Notes: generated from the letters alone by a model not told the origin. Counted from the stretch's first letter, positions 8,129 to 17,092 are shown. The stretch: 32,000 nucleotides of DNA from Sinorhizobium meliloti (GCF_017876815.1 NZ_JAGIOS010000002.1:1200001-1232000); one strand, 5' to 3'. Program-made: numbers and translations.

Positions 8129-8980
8129 ATGAAACTGAGAGATTTTCTGGCAATGGCGGCAGGCGCCACCGCATTGATGGCAGTTGCTGCGGCCACGCCA
8201 GCCGCCGCGGACGAGAACAAGCTCGAGGAGCTGAAAGAGCAGGGCTTCGCGCGCATCGCCATCGCCAACGAGCCGCCCTTTACCGCCGTCGGAGCCGACG
8301 GCAAAGTCTCCGGTGCAGCACCGGATGTCGCCCGCGAGATCTTCAAGCGGCTCGGCGTTGCCGACGTCGTCGCCTCCATTTCCGAATACGGCGCGATGAT
8401 CCCGGGCCTGCAGGCCGGGCGCCACGACGCGATCACCGCCGGTCTCTTCATGAAGCCGGAACGATGTGCCGCCGTCGCCTATTCGCAGCCGATCCTCTGC
8501 GACGCCGAGGCCTTCGCGCTGAAGAAAGGCAACCCGCTCGGACTCAAGAGCTACAAGGACATCGCCGATAATCCGGACGCCAAGATCGGCGCACCGGGCG
8601 GCGGTACCGAGGAGAAGCTGGCGCTCGAAGCCGGCGTGCCGCGCGACCGCGTCATTGTGGTGCCGGATGGCCAGAGCGGCCTGAAGATGCTGCAGGACGG
8701 CCGCATCGACGTCTACTCGCTGCCGGTCCTTTCCATCAACGATCTCGTCTCCAAGGCGAACGACCCGAACGTCGAGGTGCTGGCCCCCGTCGAGGGTGCG
8801 CCGGTCTATTGCGACGGCGCCGCCTTCAGGAAGGGCGACGAGGCGCTCCGCGACGCCTTCGATGTCGAGCTCGCCAAGCTGAAGGAGTCGGGCGAATTCG
8901 CGAAGATCATCGAGCCCTATGGTTTCTCGGCCAAGGCTGCGATGTCGACCACCCGCGAAAAGCTCTGCGCCGCGAAATAA
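8129..8980 (+). CDS. ehuB: ectoine/hydroxyectoine ABC transporter substrate-binding protein
   Basis: Signal peptide MKLRDFLAMAAGATALMAVAAATPAAA is followed by a family-3 (polar amino acid type) SBP fold. The ATG at 8129 lies 9 nt after GAGGAG. The track start at 8120 is a TTG. Confidence 0.88.
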   Translation: MKLRDFLAMAAGATALMAVAAATPAAADENKLEELKEQGFARIAIANEPPFTAVGADGKVSGAAPDVAREIFKRLGVADVVASISEYGAMIPGLQAGRHDAITAGLFMKPERCAAVAYSQPILCDAEAFALKKGNPLGLKSYKDIADNPDAKIGAPGGGTEEKLALEAGVPRDRVIVVPDGQSGLKMLQDGRIDVYSLPVLSINDLVSKANDPNVEVLAPVEGAPVYCDGAAFRKGDEALRDAFDVELAKLKESGEFAKIIEPYGFSAKAAMSTTREKLCAAK

Positions 8981-9000
8981 GCCCTGGATGGGGCTTCCCG

Positions 9001-9034
9001 CCGCCTTCCATTCGCACCGCGCGGAGGAAGGCGG
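9001..9034 (+). other. intercistronic stem-loop after ehuB
   Basis: CCGCCTTCC (9001-9009) pairs with GGAAGGCGG (9026-9034), and the stem is extendable with a bulge. No T-run follows. Confidence 0.45.
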
Positions 9035-9082
9035 TATGGGCGGCTGCAACCAAGTCTAAACTCTGACTGGAACAACGAAACG

Positions 9083-9742
9083 ATGATCGACTGGTCCGGC
9101 TATATCGGATTGATCCTGCAGGGCGCCTGGGTGACCGTGCAGCTGACCCTCATGGGTTCGGCGCTCGCAGTCGTGGTTGCCTTCGCTGCCGGCCTCGGGC
9201 GCCTCAGCCGGTTCATGGCCGTTCGCGCGCTCGCCACGACCTATATCGAGTTCTTCCGCGGCACCTCTATCTTTGTGCAGCTCTTCTGGGTCTATTTCGT
9301 ATTGCCGTTCGCCGGCATAACGTTGACGCCGCTTCAGGCGGGCGTCCTCGCGCTCGGCCTCAATGTCGGCGCCTATGGAGCGGAGGTCGTGCGGGGCGCG
9401 GTAAAGGCGATCGGCCGCGAGCAGCGCGAGGCCTGCATCGCGCTCAACCTCACGCGCTTCCAGGCGATGCGCCACATCGTCCTGCCCCAGGCGCTGCCCC
9501 TGATGCTGCCCACCTTCGGCAACAACGCCATCGAGCTCCTGAAGGGAACGGCGGTCGTTTCGCTGATCTCGCTCAGCGACATGACGTTTCAGGCCCAGGT
9601 GGTCCGCGCCCAGACCGGCAGCACGCTGATTCCCTTCGCGACCATCCTGCTGCTTTACTTCGTCATGGCCTGGCTGATCTCGCTCGGCATGCGGTGGCTC
9701 GAGAGGCGCGTTTCGCGTGGCCTCGACGGTGTGAGGGTCTGA
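9083..9742 (+). CDS. ehuC: ectoine/hydroxyectoine ABC transporter permease
   Basis: A 219-aa His/Glu/Gln/Arg/opine-type permease with multiple TM helices and the EAA-loop region (GAYGAEVVRGAVKAIGREQREA). Confidence 0.88.
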   Translation: MIDWSGYIGLILQGAWVTVQLTLMGSALAVVVAFAAGLGRLSRFMAVRALATTYIEFFRGTSIFVQLFWVYFVLPFAGITLTPLQAGVLALGLNVGAYGAEVVRGAVKAIGREQREACIALNLTRFQAMRHIVLPQALPLMLPTFGNNAIELLKGTAVVSLISLSDMTFQAQVVRAQTGSTLIPFATILLLYFVMAWLISLGMRWLERRVSRGLDGVRV

Positions 9743-9744
9743 CC

Positions 9745-10407
9745 ATGGAATGGGATTGGGAATTCGTCCGCCAGATCATGCCGACCCTCATCGAGGGGCT
9801 GAAGATCACGATCCTCGCGACGGCGCTCGGCTCGGTCGTCGCAGCGGTGATCGGCCTTGTCTTCGCCATCCTGCGGATGACCGCACCGACTCCGATCGCG
9901 CGTGTCACGAGCTTTGCCGTCGAGTTCATCCGCGGCACGCCGCTGCTCGTGCAGCTCTACTTCATCTTCTATGTGCTTCCGGACATCGGAATCCGCCTGC
10001 CCGCGCTTGTCGCCGGCGTCATCGGCCTCGGCATCCACTACGGCACCTATGCCGCCGAGGTCTATCGTGCCGGCATCGAGAACGTGCCGCGCGGCCAATG
10101 GGAAGCGGCCAAGGCGACGAACCTCACGCCCCGCCAGACCTGGATACACGTGATCCTGCCTCAGGCGATCCCGCCGATGATACCGGCACTCGCCAATTAC
10201 CTGATCGCCATGTTCAAGGAAACACCCCTGCTTTCGGCAATCACGGTGCTCGAACTGATGAACCAGGCGAAGAGTATCGCCAACAGTAATTATCGCTATA
10301 TCGAGCCGATGACGCTGGTCGGCGTGTTCTTCCTGATTATGAGCCTGATCTCGGTCTTCTTCTTGCGCTGGCTTGAAGCGCGCTATTCCCGGGTGGAGGA
10401 GCGCTGA
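9745..10407 (+). CDS. ehuD: ectoine/hydroxyectoine ABC transporter permease
   Basis: The ATG at 9745 lies 2 nt after the ehuC stop. It is a paralogous permease (GTYAAEVYRAGIENVPRGQWEAA). The track start at 9694 overlaps ehuC. Confidence 0.88.
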   Translation: MEWDWEFVRQIMPTLIEGLKITILATALGSVVAAVIGLVFAILRMTAPTPIARVTSFAVEFIRGTPLLVQLYFIFYVLPDIGIRLPALVAGVIGLGIHYGTYAAEVYRAGIENVPRGQWEAAKATNLTPRQTWIHVILPQAIPPMIPALANYLIAMFKETPLLSAITVLELMNQAKSIANSNYRYIEPMTLVGVFFLIMSLISVFFLRWLEARYSRVEER

Positions 10408-11192
10408 TGAGAACCGCTGTCGCCCTCTCGCTTGCGGCGCGCAGGCCGCGTCTCGACGATCGGCCGCTCGATAAGCGGATTGGCCTCGTCATCCTCGCCA
10501 CGGACCATACGACGGAAGTCGATTTCCAGCGCATGGTCGCGTCGGACCGGATCGGGGTCTATGTCACGCGCATCCCCTATGCCAATCCGGTGACGCCGGA
10601 GAATCTGCGGGCGATGCAGCCGTCGCTCACCGAAGCGGCAGCCTTGATCCTGCCGGACGAGACCATGGATGTCGTCATGTATTCCTGCACCTCCGCCTCC
10701 GTGGTCATCGGCGACAGCGAAGTGGCTGCGGCGATCAAGGCCGCAAAGCCGGAGGCGGCCGTGGTGACGCCGACGGCTGCCTCGGTCCAAGGCTTGCGTG
10801 CACTTAGCGCAAACAGGATTTCGGTGCTCACCCCTTACACGATCGAGACCAGCCGGCCCATGGCCGACTATTTCGCCGAGCGCGGCTTCGCAATCGACGG
10901 GTTTACCTGCCTGGGTCTCACCGACGACCGCGAGATGGCGCGGATCAGCCCAAAGGAGATCGTGGCCTTCGCGAAGGAAGCCGCAGCGCCGGCATCGGAC
11001 GCGCTTTTCATTTCCTGCACTGCTGTTCGTGCGGCAGGCGTCATCGCCGAAATCGAGCAGGCAATCGGCAAACCGGTCGTCAGCAGCAATTACGCCACAG
11101 CCTGGACTTGCCTGCGCCTTTGCGGCGATCGGGAAGTACGCCCCCAACTCGGACGGCTGATGGAGCTGCCACTCGAGGAGGAAAGGCCGTGA
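10407..11192 (+). CDS. eutA: Asp/Glu racemase / arylmalonate decarboxylase-like protein of hydroxyectoine utilisation
   Basis: The start overlaps the ehuD stop (TGATG). 261 aa with twin Cys-containing motifs (YSCTSAS, FISCTAV) typical of the maleate isomerase/racemase fold. Its position matches eutA. Confidence 0.82.
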   Translation: MRTAVALSLAARRPRLDDRPLDKRIGLVILATDHTTEVDFQRMVASDRIGVYVTRIPYANPVTPENLRAMQPSLTEAAALILPDETMDVVMYSCTSASVVIGDSEVAAAIKAAKPEAAVVTPTAASVQGLRALSANRISVLTPYTIETSRPMADYFAERGFAIDGFTCLGLTDDREMARISPKEIVAFAKEAAAPASDALFISCTAVRAAGVIAEIEQAIGKPVVSSNYATAWTCLRLCGDREVRPQLGRLMELPLEEERP

Positions 11193-12193
11193 GCGTTTCT
11201 CTCCCCGTGACGATCGACGACATCGAGGTGGCGGCACGGCGCATTTCCGGCCGTGTACTTACGACGCCGCTGGCAATGTCGGGCTCGTTGAGCGAGCTCT
11301 GCGGCGTGCCGGTCGGCTTAAAGCTCGAGCACCACCAGACGACCGGTAGCTTCAAGCTGCGCGGCGCGACCAATGCAGTGCTTTCGCTTTCTGCCGGCGA
11401 CCGGGCGCTCGGCGTAATCGCGGCCTCGACCGGCAATCATGGCCGGGCACTTGCCCATGCGGCAAAGGCGGAAGGCTCGGTCGCTACGATCTGCATGTCG
11501 CACCTGGTGCCCGTGAACAAGGTCTCCGAAATCAGACGCCTCGGCGCCAATGTGCGGATTGTCGGCAATTCCCAGGACGAGGCGCAGGAAGAAGTCGAAA
11601 GGCTCGTTGCGGAAAATGGTCTCGTGATGGTGCCGCCCTTCGACCATCCGGCGATCGTCGCCGGGCAGGGGACGCTCGGACTCGAGGTCGTGGCGCAGAT
11701 GCCGGACGTTGCCATGGTGCTTGTACCGGTGTCGGGTGGTGGACTGGCAGCCGGAGTGGCGGCAGCCGTCAAGGCGCGTAGACCGGCGACGCGTGTCATA
11801 GGCCTGACGATGGAGCGCGGTGCGGCGATGAAGGCGAGCTTCGCCGCCGGCGGACCCGTGGTCGTCGATGAACAGCCGAGCCTTGCGGATTCTCTCGGCG
11901 GCGGCATCGGCCTCGACAATCGCGTCACATTCCGCATGTGCCGGGAGCTCCTCGACGACATAATCCTCCTGACGGAAGCCGAGATCGCCGCCGGCATGCG
12001 CCACGCCTATGCCGAGGAGCGCGAGATCGTCGAAGGGGCGGGCGCCGTCGGCATTTCGGCGCTTCTCGCCGGCAAGATCAAGGACATCGACGGCCCCATC
12101 GCGGTTATTATCTCGGGGCGCAACGTCGACATGGACCTGCACCTGCGCGTGATGAACGGCGAAACGGACCCATTCCGCGAGGAGGCGGCATGA
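11189..12193 (+). CDS. eutB: threonine/serine dehydratase-like PLP enzyme
   Basis: The GTG start overlaps the eutA stop (GTGA) and follows GAGGAGGAAAGG. The PLP lysine motif is HHQTTGSFKLRGA and the glycine loop is VSGGGLAAG. The longer track ORF from 11108 lies inside eutA. Confidence 0.85.
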   Translation: MSVSLPVTIDDIEVAARRISGRVLTTPLAMSGSLSELCGVPVGLKLEHHQTTGSFKLRGATNAVLSLSAGDRALGVIAASTGNHGRALAHAAKAEGSVATICMSHLVPVNKVSEIRRLGANVRIVGNSQDEAQEEVERLVAENGLVMVPPFDHPAIVAGQGTLGLEVVAQMPDVAMVLVPVSGGGLAAGVAAAVKARRPATRVIGLTMERGAAMKASFAAGGPVVVDEQPSLADSLGGGIGLDNRVTFRMCRELLDDIILLTEAEIAAGMRHAYAEEREIVEGAGAVGISALLAGKIKDIDGPIAVIISGRNVDMDLHLRVMNGETDPFREEAA

Positions 12194-13179
12194 CACGGAT
12201 GAAGATTCTGACCGAGGCGGAATTGCGCGGCATCGTGCCGCTCGATCGCGAAGCGGTTGCCTGCGTCGAGGATGCCTTTCGCGCTCTCGCCACCAAGGCG
12301 GTGGCGATGCCGCCGATCCTGCGGCTCGATATTCCGGAGCATCGCGGCGAGGTGGACGTCAAGACGGCCTATGTTCCGGGGCTGGACGGCTTTGCGATCA
12401 AGATCAGCCCGGGCTTCTTCGACAATCCGAAAATCGGCCTGCCGAGCACCAACGGCATGATGGTGCTCCTGTCCAGCAAAACCGGGCTGGTGCAGGCACT
12501 GCTGCTCGACAACGGCTATCTGACCGACGTGCGGACGGCGGCGGCAGGGGCGGTCGCGGCGAGACGTCTGTCGCGGGAAGATTCCTCGGTGGCCGCGGTC
12601 TTCGGCGCCGGCATGCAGGCAAGGCTTCAGCTCGAGGCGCTCGCGCTCGTGCGCCCGATCCGGGAAGCGCGGATCTGGGCCCGCGATGCGGCCAAGGCTG
12701 AAGCGGCAGCCATTGCGCTTGGCGGGAAGCTCGGCTTTGCGGTCAAGGCCGAAACCGATCCGAGAGCGGCCATCACTGGCGCCGATATCATCGTTACCAC
12801 GACGCCGTCCGGGACGCCGGTCCTCAAAGCCGAATGGCTCGAGCCGGGGCAGCACGTCACCGCCATGGGTTCGGACGCCGAACACAAGAACGAGATCGAT
12901 CCGCACGCGATCGCCCGTGCGACTTACGTCGCCGACAGCCTCAAACAGACGCGCCGGCTCGGAGAGCTGCATCACGCGATTGCCGCTCATCTCATGTCGG
13001 CGGAGGCCGAGTTCCCCGAACTCGGCCAGGTGATCGCCGGGCTGAAACCCGGACGCACGCGCGCCGACGAGATCACCATTGCCGACCTGACCGGCACCGG
13101 CGTCCAGGACACCGCCATCGCCACGCTCGCCTTCGCGCGGGCCAACGCGGCGGACGCAGGTACGACATTCGAAAGTTGA
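12190..13179 (+). CDS. eutC: ornithine cyclodeaminase / mu-crystallin family protein
   Basis: ATGA overlap with the eutB stop. MTRMKILTEAELRGIV...GYLTDVRTAAAGAVAAR...VFGAGMQA is the OCD family signature with a Rossmann motif. Confidence 0.85.
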   Translation: MTRMKILTEAELRGIVPLDREAVACVEDAFRALATKAVAMPPILRLDIPEHRGEVDVKTAYVPGLDGFAIKISPGFFDNPKIGLPSTNGMMVLLSSKTGLVQALLLDNGYLTDVRTAAAGAVAARRLSREDSSVAAVFGAGMQARLQLEALALVRPIREARIWARDAAKAEAAAIALGGKLGFAVKAETDPRAAITGADIIVTTTPSGTPVLKAEWLEPGQHVTAMGSDAEHKNEIDPHAIARATYVADSLKQTRRLGELHHAIAAHLMSAEAEFPELGQVIAGLKPGRTRADEITIADLTGTGVQDTAIATLAFARANAADAGTTFES

Positions 13180-13223
13180 GACCGGCTTCCCCGGAACGGG
13201 GCCGGAAGAACGAGGGAAGAGAC

Positions 13224-14405
13224 ATGACCCAACCCAACCTCAAATTCTCCCTTGGGGAATATGAAGCGCGGCTTGCGAAGACCCGAAAGGCGATGGAGGC
13301 GAAAGGCGTCGACCTCCTGATCGTGAGCGATCCGTCCAACATGGCCTGGCTCACCGGCTATGACGGCTGGTCCTTCTACGTGCATCAGGCGGTCATCGTG
13401 CCGCCTTCGGGCGAACCGATCTGGTTCGGCCGCGGCCAGGATGCGAATGGCGCGAAGCTGACTGCCTATCTCGATCACAAGAATATCGTCGGCTATCCCG
13501 ACCACTACGTGCAGTCAACCGAACGCCACCCGATGGACTATCTCTCGGGCATTCTCGCCGATCGCGGCCTTGGTTCGCTCAGCATCGGTGTCGAAATGGA
13601 CAACTACTGGTTCTCGGCAGCCGCCTTCGCCTCGCTGCAGAAACACCTGCCCAATGCGCGTTTCAGCGACGCGACGGCGCTGGTGAACTGGCAGCGCGCG
13701 GTCAAGAGCGAGACCGAGATCAAGTACATGCGCAACGCGGCGCGGATCGTCGAAGCGATGCATCAGCGCATCTTCGACAAGATCGAAGTGGGCATGCGCA
13801 AGTGCGACCTCGTGGCGGAAATCTACGATGCGGGCACGCGCGGCGTCGACGGCATCGGCGGCGATTATCCGGCGATCGTGCCGCTTCTTCCTTCCGGCGT
13901 CGAGGCATCCGCGCCGCATCTCACCTGGGACGACCGGCCGTTGAAACGGGGCGAGGGCACCTTTTTCGAGATCGCCGGCTGCTACAACCGCTATCACGTG
14001 CCGCTGTCGCGCACGGTGTTCCTGGGTAAGCCGACCCAGACCTTCCTCGACGCCGAGAAGGCGACAATCGAGGGTATGGAGGCGGGCCTCGCCGTCGCCA
14101 AACCCGGCAACACCTGCGAGGACATCGCGAACGCCTTCTTCGCCGTGCTGAAGAAATACGGGATCGTCAAGGACAACCGCACGGGCTACCCGATCGGTCT
14201 TTCCTATCCGCCGGATTGGGGCGAGCGCACGATGAGCCTGCGTCCGGGCGACAAGACGGAACTGAAGCCGGGGATGACATTCCACTTCATGACGGGGCTC
14301 TGGCTCGAGGACATGGGCTTCGAAACCACCGAGAGCATTCTCATCACCGAGAGCGGTGTCGAGTGCCTCGCCTCCGTGCCGCGCAAGCTGATGGTCAAGG
14401 ACTGA
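13224..14405 (+). CDS. eutD: ectoine hydrolase (M24 Xaa-Pro peptidase/creatinase fold; DoeA equivalent)
   Basis: MTQPNLKFSLGEYEARLAKTRKAMEAKGVDLLIVSDPSNMAWLTGY is a creatinase-like N-domain, followed by a pita-bread C-domain. RBS GAGGGAAGAG. The track ORF extends spuriously into eutC. Confidence 0.88.
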   Translation: MTQPNLKFSLGEYEARLAKTRKAMEAKGVDLLIVSDPSNMAWLTGYDGWSFYVHQAVIVPPSGEPIWFGRGQDANGAKLTAYLDHKNIVGYPDHYVQSTERHPMDYLSGILADRGLGSLSIGVEMDNYWFSAAAFASLQKHLPNARFSDATALVNWQRAVKSETEIKYMRNAARIVEAMHQRIFDKIEVGMRKCDLVAEIYDAGTRGVDGIGGDYPAIVPLLPSGVEASAPHLTWDDRPLKRGEGTFFEIAGCYNRYHVPLSRTVFLGKPTQTFLDAEKATIEGMEAGLAVAKPGNTCEDIANAFFAVLKKYGIVKDNRTGYPIGLSYPPDWGERTMSLRPGDKTELKPGMTFHFMTGLWLEDMGFETTESILITESGVECLASVPRKLMVKD

Positions 14406-14409
14406 GAGG

Positions 14410-15420
14410 ATGAGGGAGCACCACTTGCGGCCGTCGCCGATCAGCGCGACGGTCGATTTCGAGGCCAATGGCGTCCAGCACGGCTTCCTGCGCCTTCCCT
14501 ATAGCCGCGATGATTCCGCCTGGGGTTCGGTGATGATTCCGGTTACCGTGGTCAAGAACGGTGAGGGCCCGACCGCCCTCCTCACGGGCGGCAATCACGG
14601 CGACGAATACGAGGGGCCGATCGCTCTCTTCGATCTCGCGCGAAAGCTGGATGCTTCCGACGTCGAGGGAAGAGTGATCATCGTTCCGGCGATGAATTAT
14701 CCTGCCTTCCAGGCGCAGACGCGGACATCACCGATCGACAAGGGCAACATGAACCGCAGTTTCCCGGGGAGGCCGGATGGAACAGTCACCGAGAAAATCG
14801 CGGATTACTTCCAGCGTGTCCTGCTGCCGCTCGCAGACATCGTGCTCGATTTTCATTCGGGCGGAAAGACGCTCGACTTCCTGCCGTTCTGCGCGGCGCA
14901 CATTCTGCCCGACAAGGCCCAGGAAGCGAAAGCTTTCGACTTCGTCCGGGCGTTCGGAGCGCCCTATTCCATGAAGATGCTGGAGATCGACGCGGTCGGA
15001 ATGTACGACACCGCGGCCGAGGAGATGGGCAAGATCTTCATCACGACGGAGCTCGGCGGTGGCGGTTCGGCGACTGCCAGGACCGCTTCAGTCGCAAAGC
15101 GCGGTGTCGCGAACGTGCTGAGGCATGCCGGGATACTCAAGGGCGAGATCGAGGCGGAACCCACCAAATGGCTGGATATGCCGAGCGAGGATTGTTTCGC
15201 TTTCGCGGAGGATGGCGGTCTCGTCGAGTTCCTCATCGACCTTGGCGGAGCGGTCGACCGCGGCGCAGCGATCGCGCTAATCTATCCGATCGGACGCACG
15301 GGCGTGGAACCGATCGAGGTTCGAGCCAAGATGGATGGCGTTCTGGTGGCCCGACATAACCCCGGGCTGATCAAGTCGGGCGACTGCTGCGCGGTCCTGG
15401 GTGTCGAGGTGCAGATTTAA
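14410..15420 (+). CDS. eutE: N-alpha-acetyl-L-2,4-diaminobutyrate deacetylase (succinylglutamate desuccinylase/aspartoacylase family; DoeB equivalent)
   Basis: Starts 4 nt after the eutD stop. The motif LLTGGNHGDEYEGP is the AstE/AspA zinc-binding signature. 336 aa. Confidence 0.88.
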   Translation: MREHHLRPSPISATVDFEANGVQHGFLRLPYSRDDSAWGSVMIPVTVVKNGEGPTALLTGGNHGDEYEGPIALFDLARKLDASDVEGRVIIVPAMNYPAFQAQTRTSPIDKGNMNRSFPGRPDGTVTEKIADYFQRVLLPLADIVLDFHSGGKTLDFLPFCAAHILPDKAQEAKAFDFVRAFGAPYSMKMLEIDAVGMYDTAAEEMGKIFITTELGGGGSATARTASVAKRGVANVLRHAGILKGEIEAEPTKWLDMPSEDCFAFAEDGGLVEFLIDLGGAVDRGAAIALIYPIGRTGVEPIEVRAKMDGVLVARHNPGLIKSGDCCAVLGVEVQI

Positions 15421-15447
15421 CCCGCAGTCGTAGGACTTCTTGCAAGG

Positions 15448-15487
15448 GACCCGCCGCCGGACTTGCTCCGTACGGCGGGTCTTTGCC
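15448..15487 (+). terminator. probable intrinsic terminator of the ehu-eut operon
   Basis: GACCCGCCG (15448-15456) pairs with CGGCGGGTC (15473-15481) and is followed by TTTGCC. The stem is 9 bp and GC-rich, but the T-tract is short. Confidence 0.55.
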
Positions 15488-15630
15488 TATCTGCGAAGCG
15501 CAAATGCGGCCTGCACGATAATTGGGCATGGCGTGGCGGGCGGCCCAATATTTGACCATGCCATCAAGGTGCATGAAAGCCGCGCCGAATAAACTTTTGA
15601 ATTCTCTCCCGCTTTCCGGGGCTTTCGGTT

Positions 15631-15646
15631 TGGCACGCTGCTTGCA
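15631..15646 (+). promoter_or_regulatory. sigma54 (RpoN) -24/-12 promoter
   Basis: TGGCACGCTGCTTGCA matches the consensus TGGCACG-N4-TTGCW at every specified position (GG 15632-15633, GC 15644-15645). It lies about 170 nt upstream of the MFS transporter ATG, in the same orientation. Confidence 0.65.
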
Positions 15647-15817
15647 TACATTATTTTGAGCCCGAGCAAACCACCGGTGGCGTCCAATGTCGCGCGCCAT
15701 GAGCAAGGTTGCTGGAGAGGATCGATGCGCCCGTTTGGGTGAGCGCGATGCCTGCTCGCGGCTGTTCCCCATGATCAACGACGCGTATCGCGCGAGGATA
15801 TCGCGCAGGGAGATATC

Positions 15818-17092
15818 ATGTCCGCTCTTCACCAGACGCAGTCGACCTATAAGGGCGCACCAGGACGCGCTTTGTGGGTCTCAACGGGTGCATTTACGGT
15901 CTGTTTCGCCATATGGACCATTTTTTCGATCATCGGCGTGCGCATAAAGGATGAACTCGGCCTGAGCGAAGCCGAGTTCGGGCTCCTGATCGGCATGCCG
16001 ATCCTGACGGGCTCGCTCGTCCGCATCGTCCTGGGCATCTGGACCAGCCGCTATGGCGGCCGCCTCGTCTACACGCTCACCATGCTGGCGGCAGCACTCG
16101 CCACCTTCCTGCTCGCTTATGCTACGACCTATCCGCAGATGCTCCTCGCAGGGCTGGGTGTCGGTCTGGCGGGAGGCTCTTTTGCCGTGGGGGTCGCCTA
16201 TGTTTCGCCTTTCTTTCCGCCGGAAAAACAGGGCACCGCTCTCGGGATTTTCGGTGCCGGCAACGTCGGCGCCGCGGTCACGAAATTTCTGGCGCCATTC
16301 GTTCTCGTCGCCTTCGGCTGGCAGGCCGTCGCGGAGGTCTGGGCGGCCGCGCTTCTCGTCACGGCGGTCGTCTTCTGGTTCTCGACGGAAGACGATCCGC
16401 AATTCCGCGCCCGCCGCGATGTCGGTGCACCAAGGAAGAGCTTCCTGAGTGAATTCGAGCCACTCAAGAACATTCAGGTCTGGCGCTTCTCGCTCTACTA
16501 CTTCTTTGCCTTCGGCGGCTTCGTGGCGCTCGCGCTCTGGCTGCCGCGCTATCTCGTCGGCGTCTACGGTTTCGACATCGAGACCGCCGGCATGATCGCC
16601 GCCGCCTATTCCATTCCCGGCAGTATCTTCCGCGCCTATGGCGGCGCTTTGTCCGACAAGCTCGGCGCCCGCAGGATCATGTATGCCATGTTCGCCGTGT
16701 CTGCCGTCGCAACGGCCATTCTGTCGATACCTGCAGGTGCTGCCGGCGGTGCGATGCCGATCCTGGTTACCCCGATCGTCTTCGTCGTCGTGACCTTCGT
16801 GCTCGGCTTCGTCATGAGCCTCGGCAAGGCAGCGGTCTACAAGCACATACCCGTCTATTATCCCTCCCATGTGGGCGCCGTCGGCGGCATCGTCGGCATG
16901 ATGGGCGGGCTCGGCGGCTTCGTCCTGCCGATCGCCTTCGGCTTCCTCAAGGATGTGACCGGCCTTTGGTCCAGCTGCTTCATGCTGCTCTTCGTCATCG
17001 TAGCCGTCTCCATGGTCTGGATGAATGTCTCGATCCGGCAGATCAAGCGCGAGGCCGACCGAGGTGTCCCGGCCGGGGCGCTTGCACGATAG
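15818..17092 (+). CDS. MFS nitrate/nitrite porter family (NarK/NasA-type) transporter
   Basis: 424 aa with 12 predicted TM segments. NNP-type Gly/Asn motif GIFGAGNVGAAVTKF. RBS AGGGAGA lies 4 nt before the ATG. Confidence 0.82.
   Translation: MSALHQTQSTYKGAPGRALWVSTGAFTVCFAIWTIFSIIGVRIKDELGLSEAEFGLLIGMPILTGSLVRIVLGIWTSRYGGRLVYTLTMLAAALATFLLAYATTYPQMLLAGLGVGLAGGSFAVGVAYVSPFFPPEKQGTALGIFGAGNVGAAVTKFLAPFVLVAFGWQAVAEVWAAALLVTAVVFWFSTEDDPQFRARRDVGAPRKSFLSEFEPLKNIQVWRFSLYYFFAFGGFVALALWLPRYLVGVYGFDIETAGMIAAAYSIPGSIFRAYGGALSDKLGARRIMYAMFAVSAVATAILSIPAGAAGGAMPILVTPIVFVVVTFVLGFVMSLGKAAVYKHIPVYYPSHVGAVGGIVGMMGGLGGFVLPIAFGFLKDVTGLWSSCFMLLFVIVAVSMVWMNVSIRQIKREADRGVPAGALAR

Noticed and set aside
8045-9049. 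334-aa minus-strand ORF antisense to ehuB
   Set aside because: Shadow ORF with low-complexity Arg/Gly/Asp-rich sequence. The plus strand encodes a signal-peptide-bearing SBP in operon context.
10383-11237. 284-aa minus-strand ORF antisense to eutA. The same applies to 11318-12196, 12007-12990 and 13515-14468, antisense to eutB/C/D
   Set aside because: All have no motifs, Arg-rich composition and no RBS. They each mirror a well-supported plus-strand gene in a tightly coupled operon.
15371-15832. 153-aa minus-strand ORF spanning the eutE / MFS intergenic region
   Set aside because: It overlaps the 3' end of eutE, the terminator hairpin and the MFS start. It has no RBS or recognisable domain. 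The region is better explained as a sigma54 promoter plus enhancer sites and a leader.
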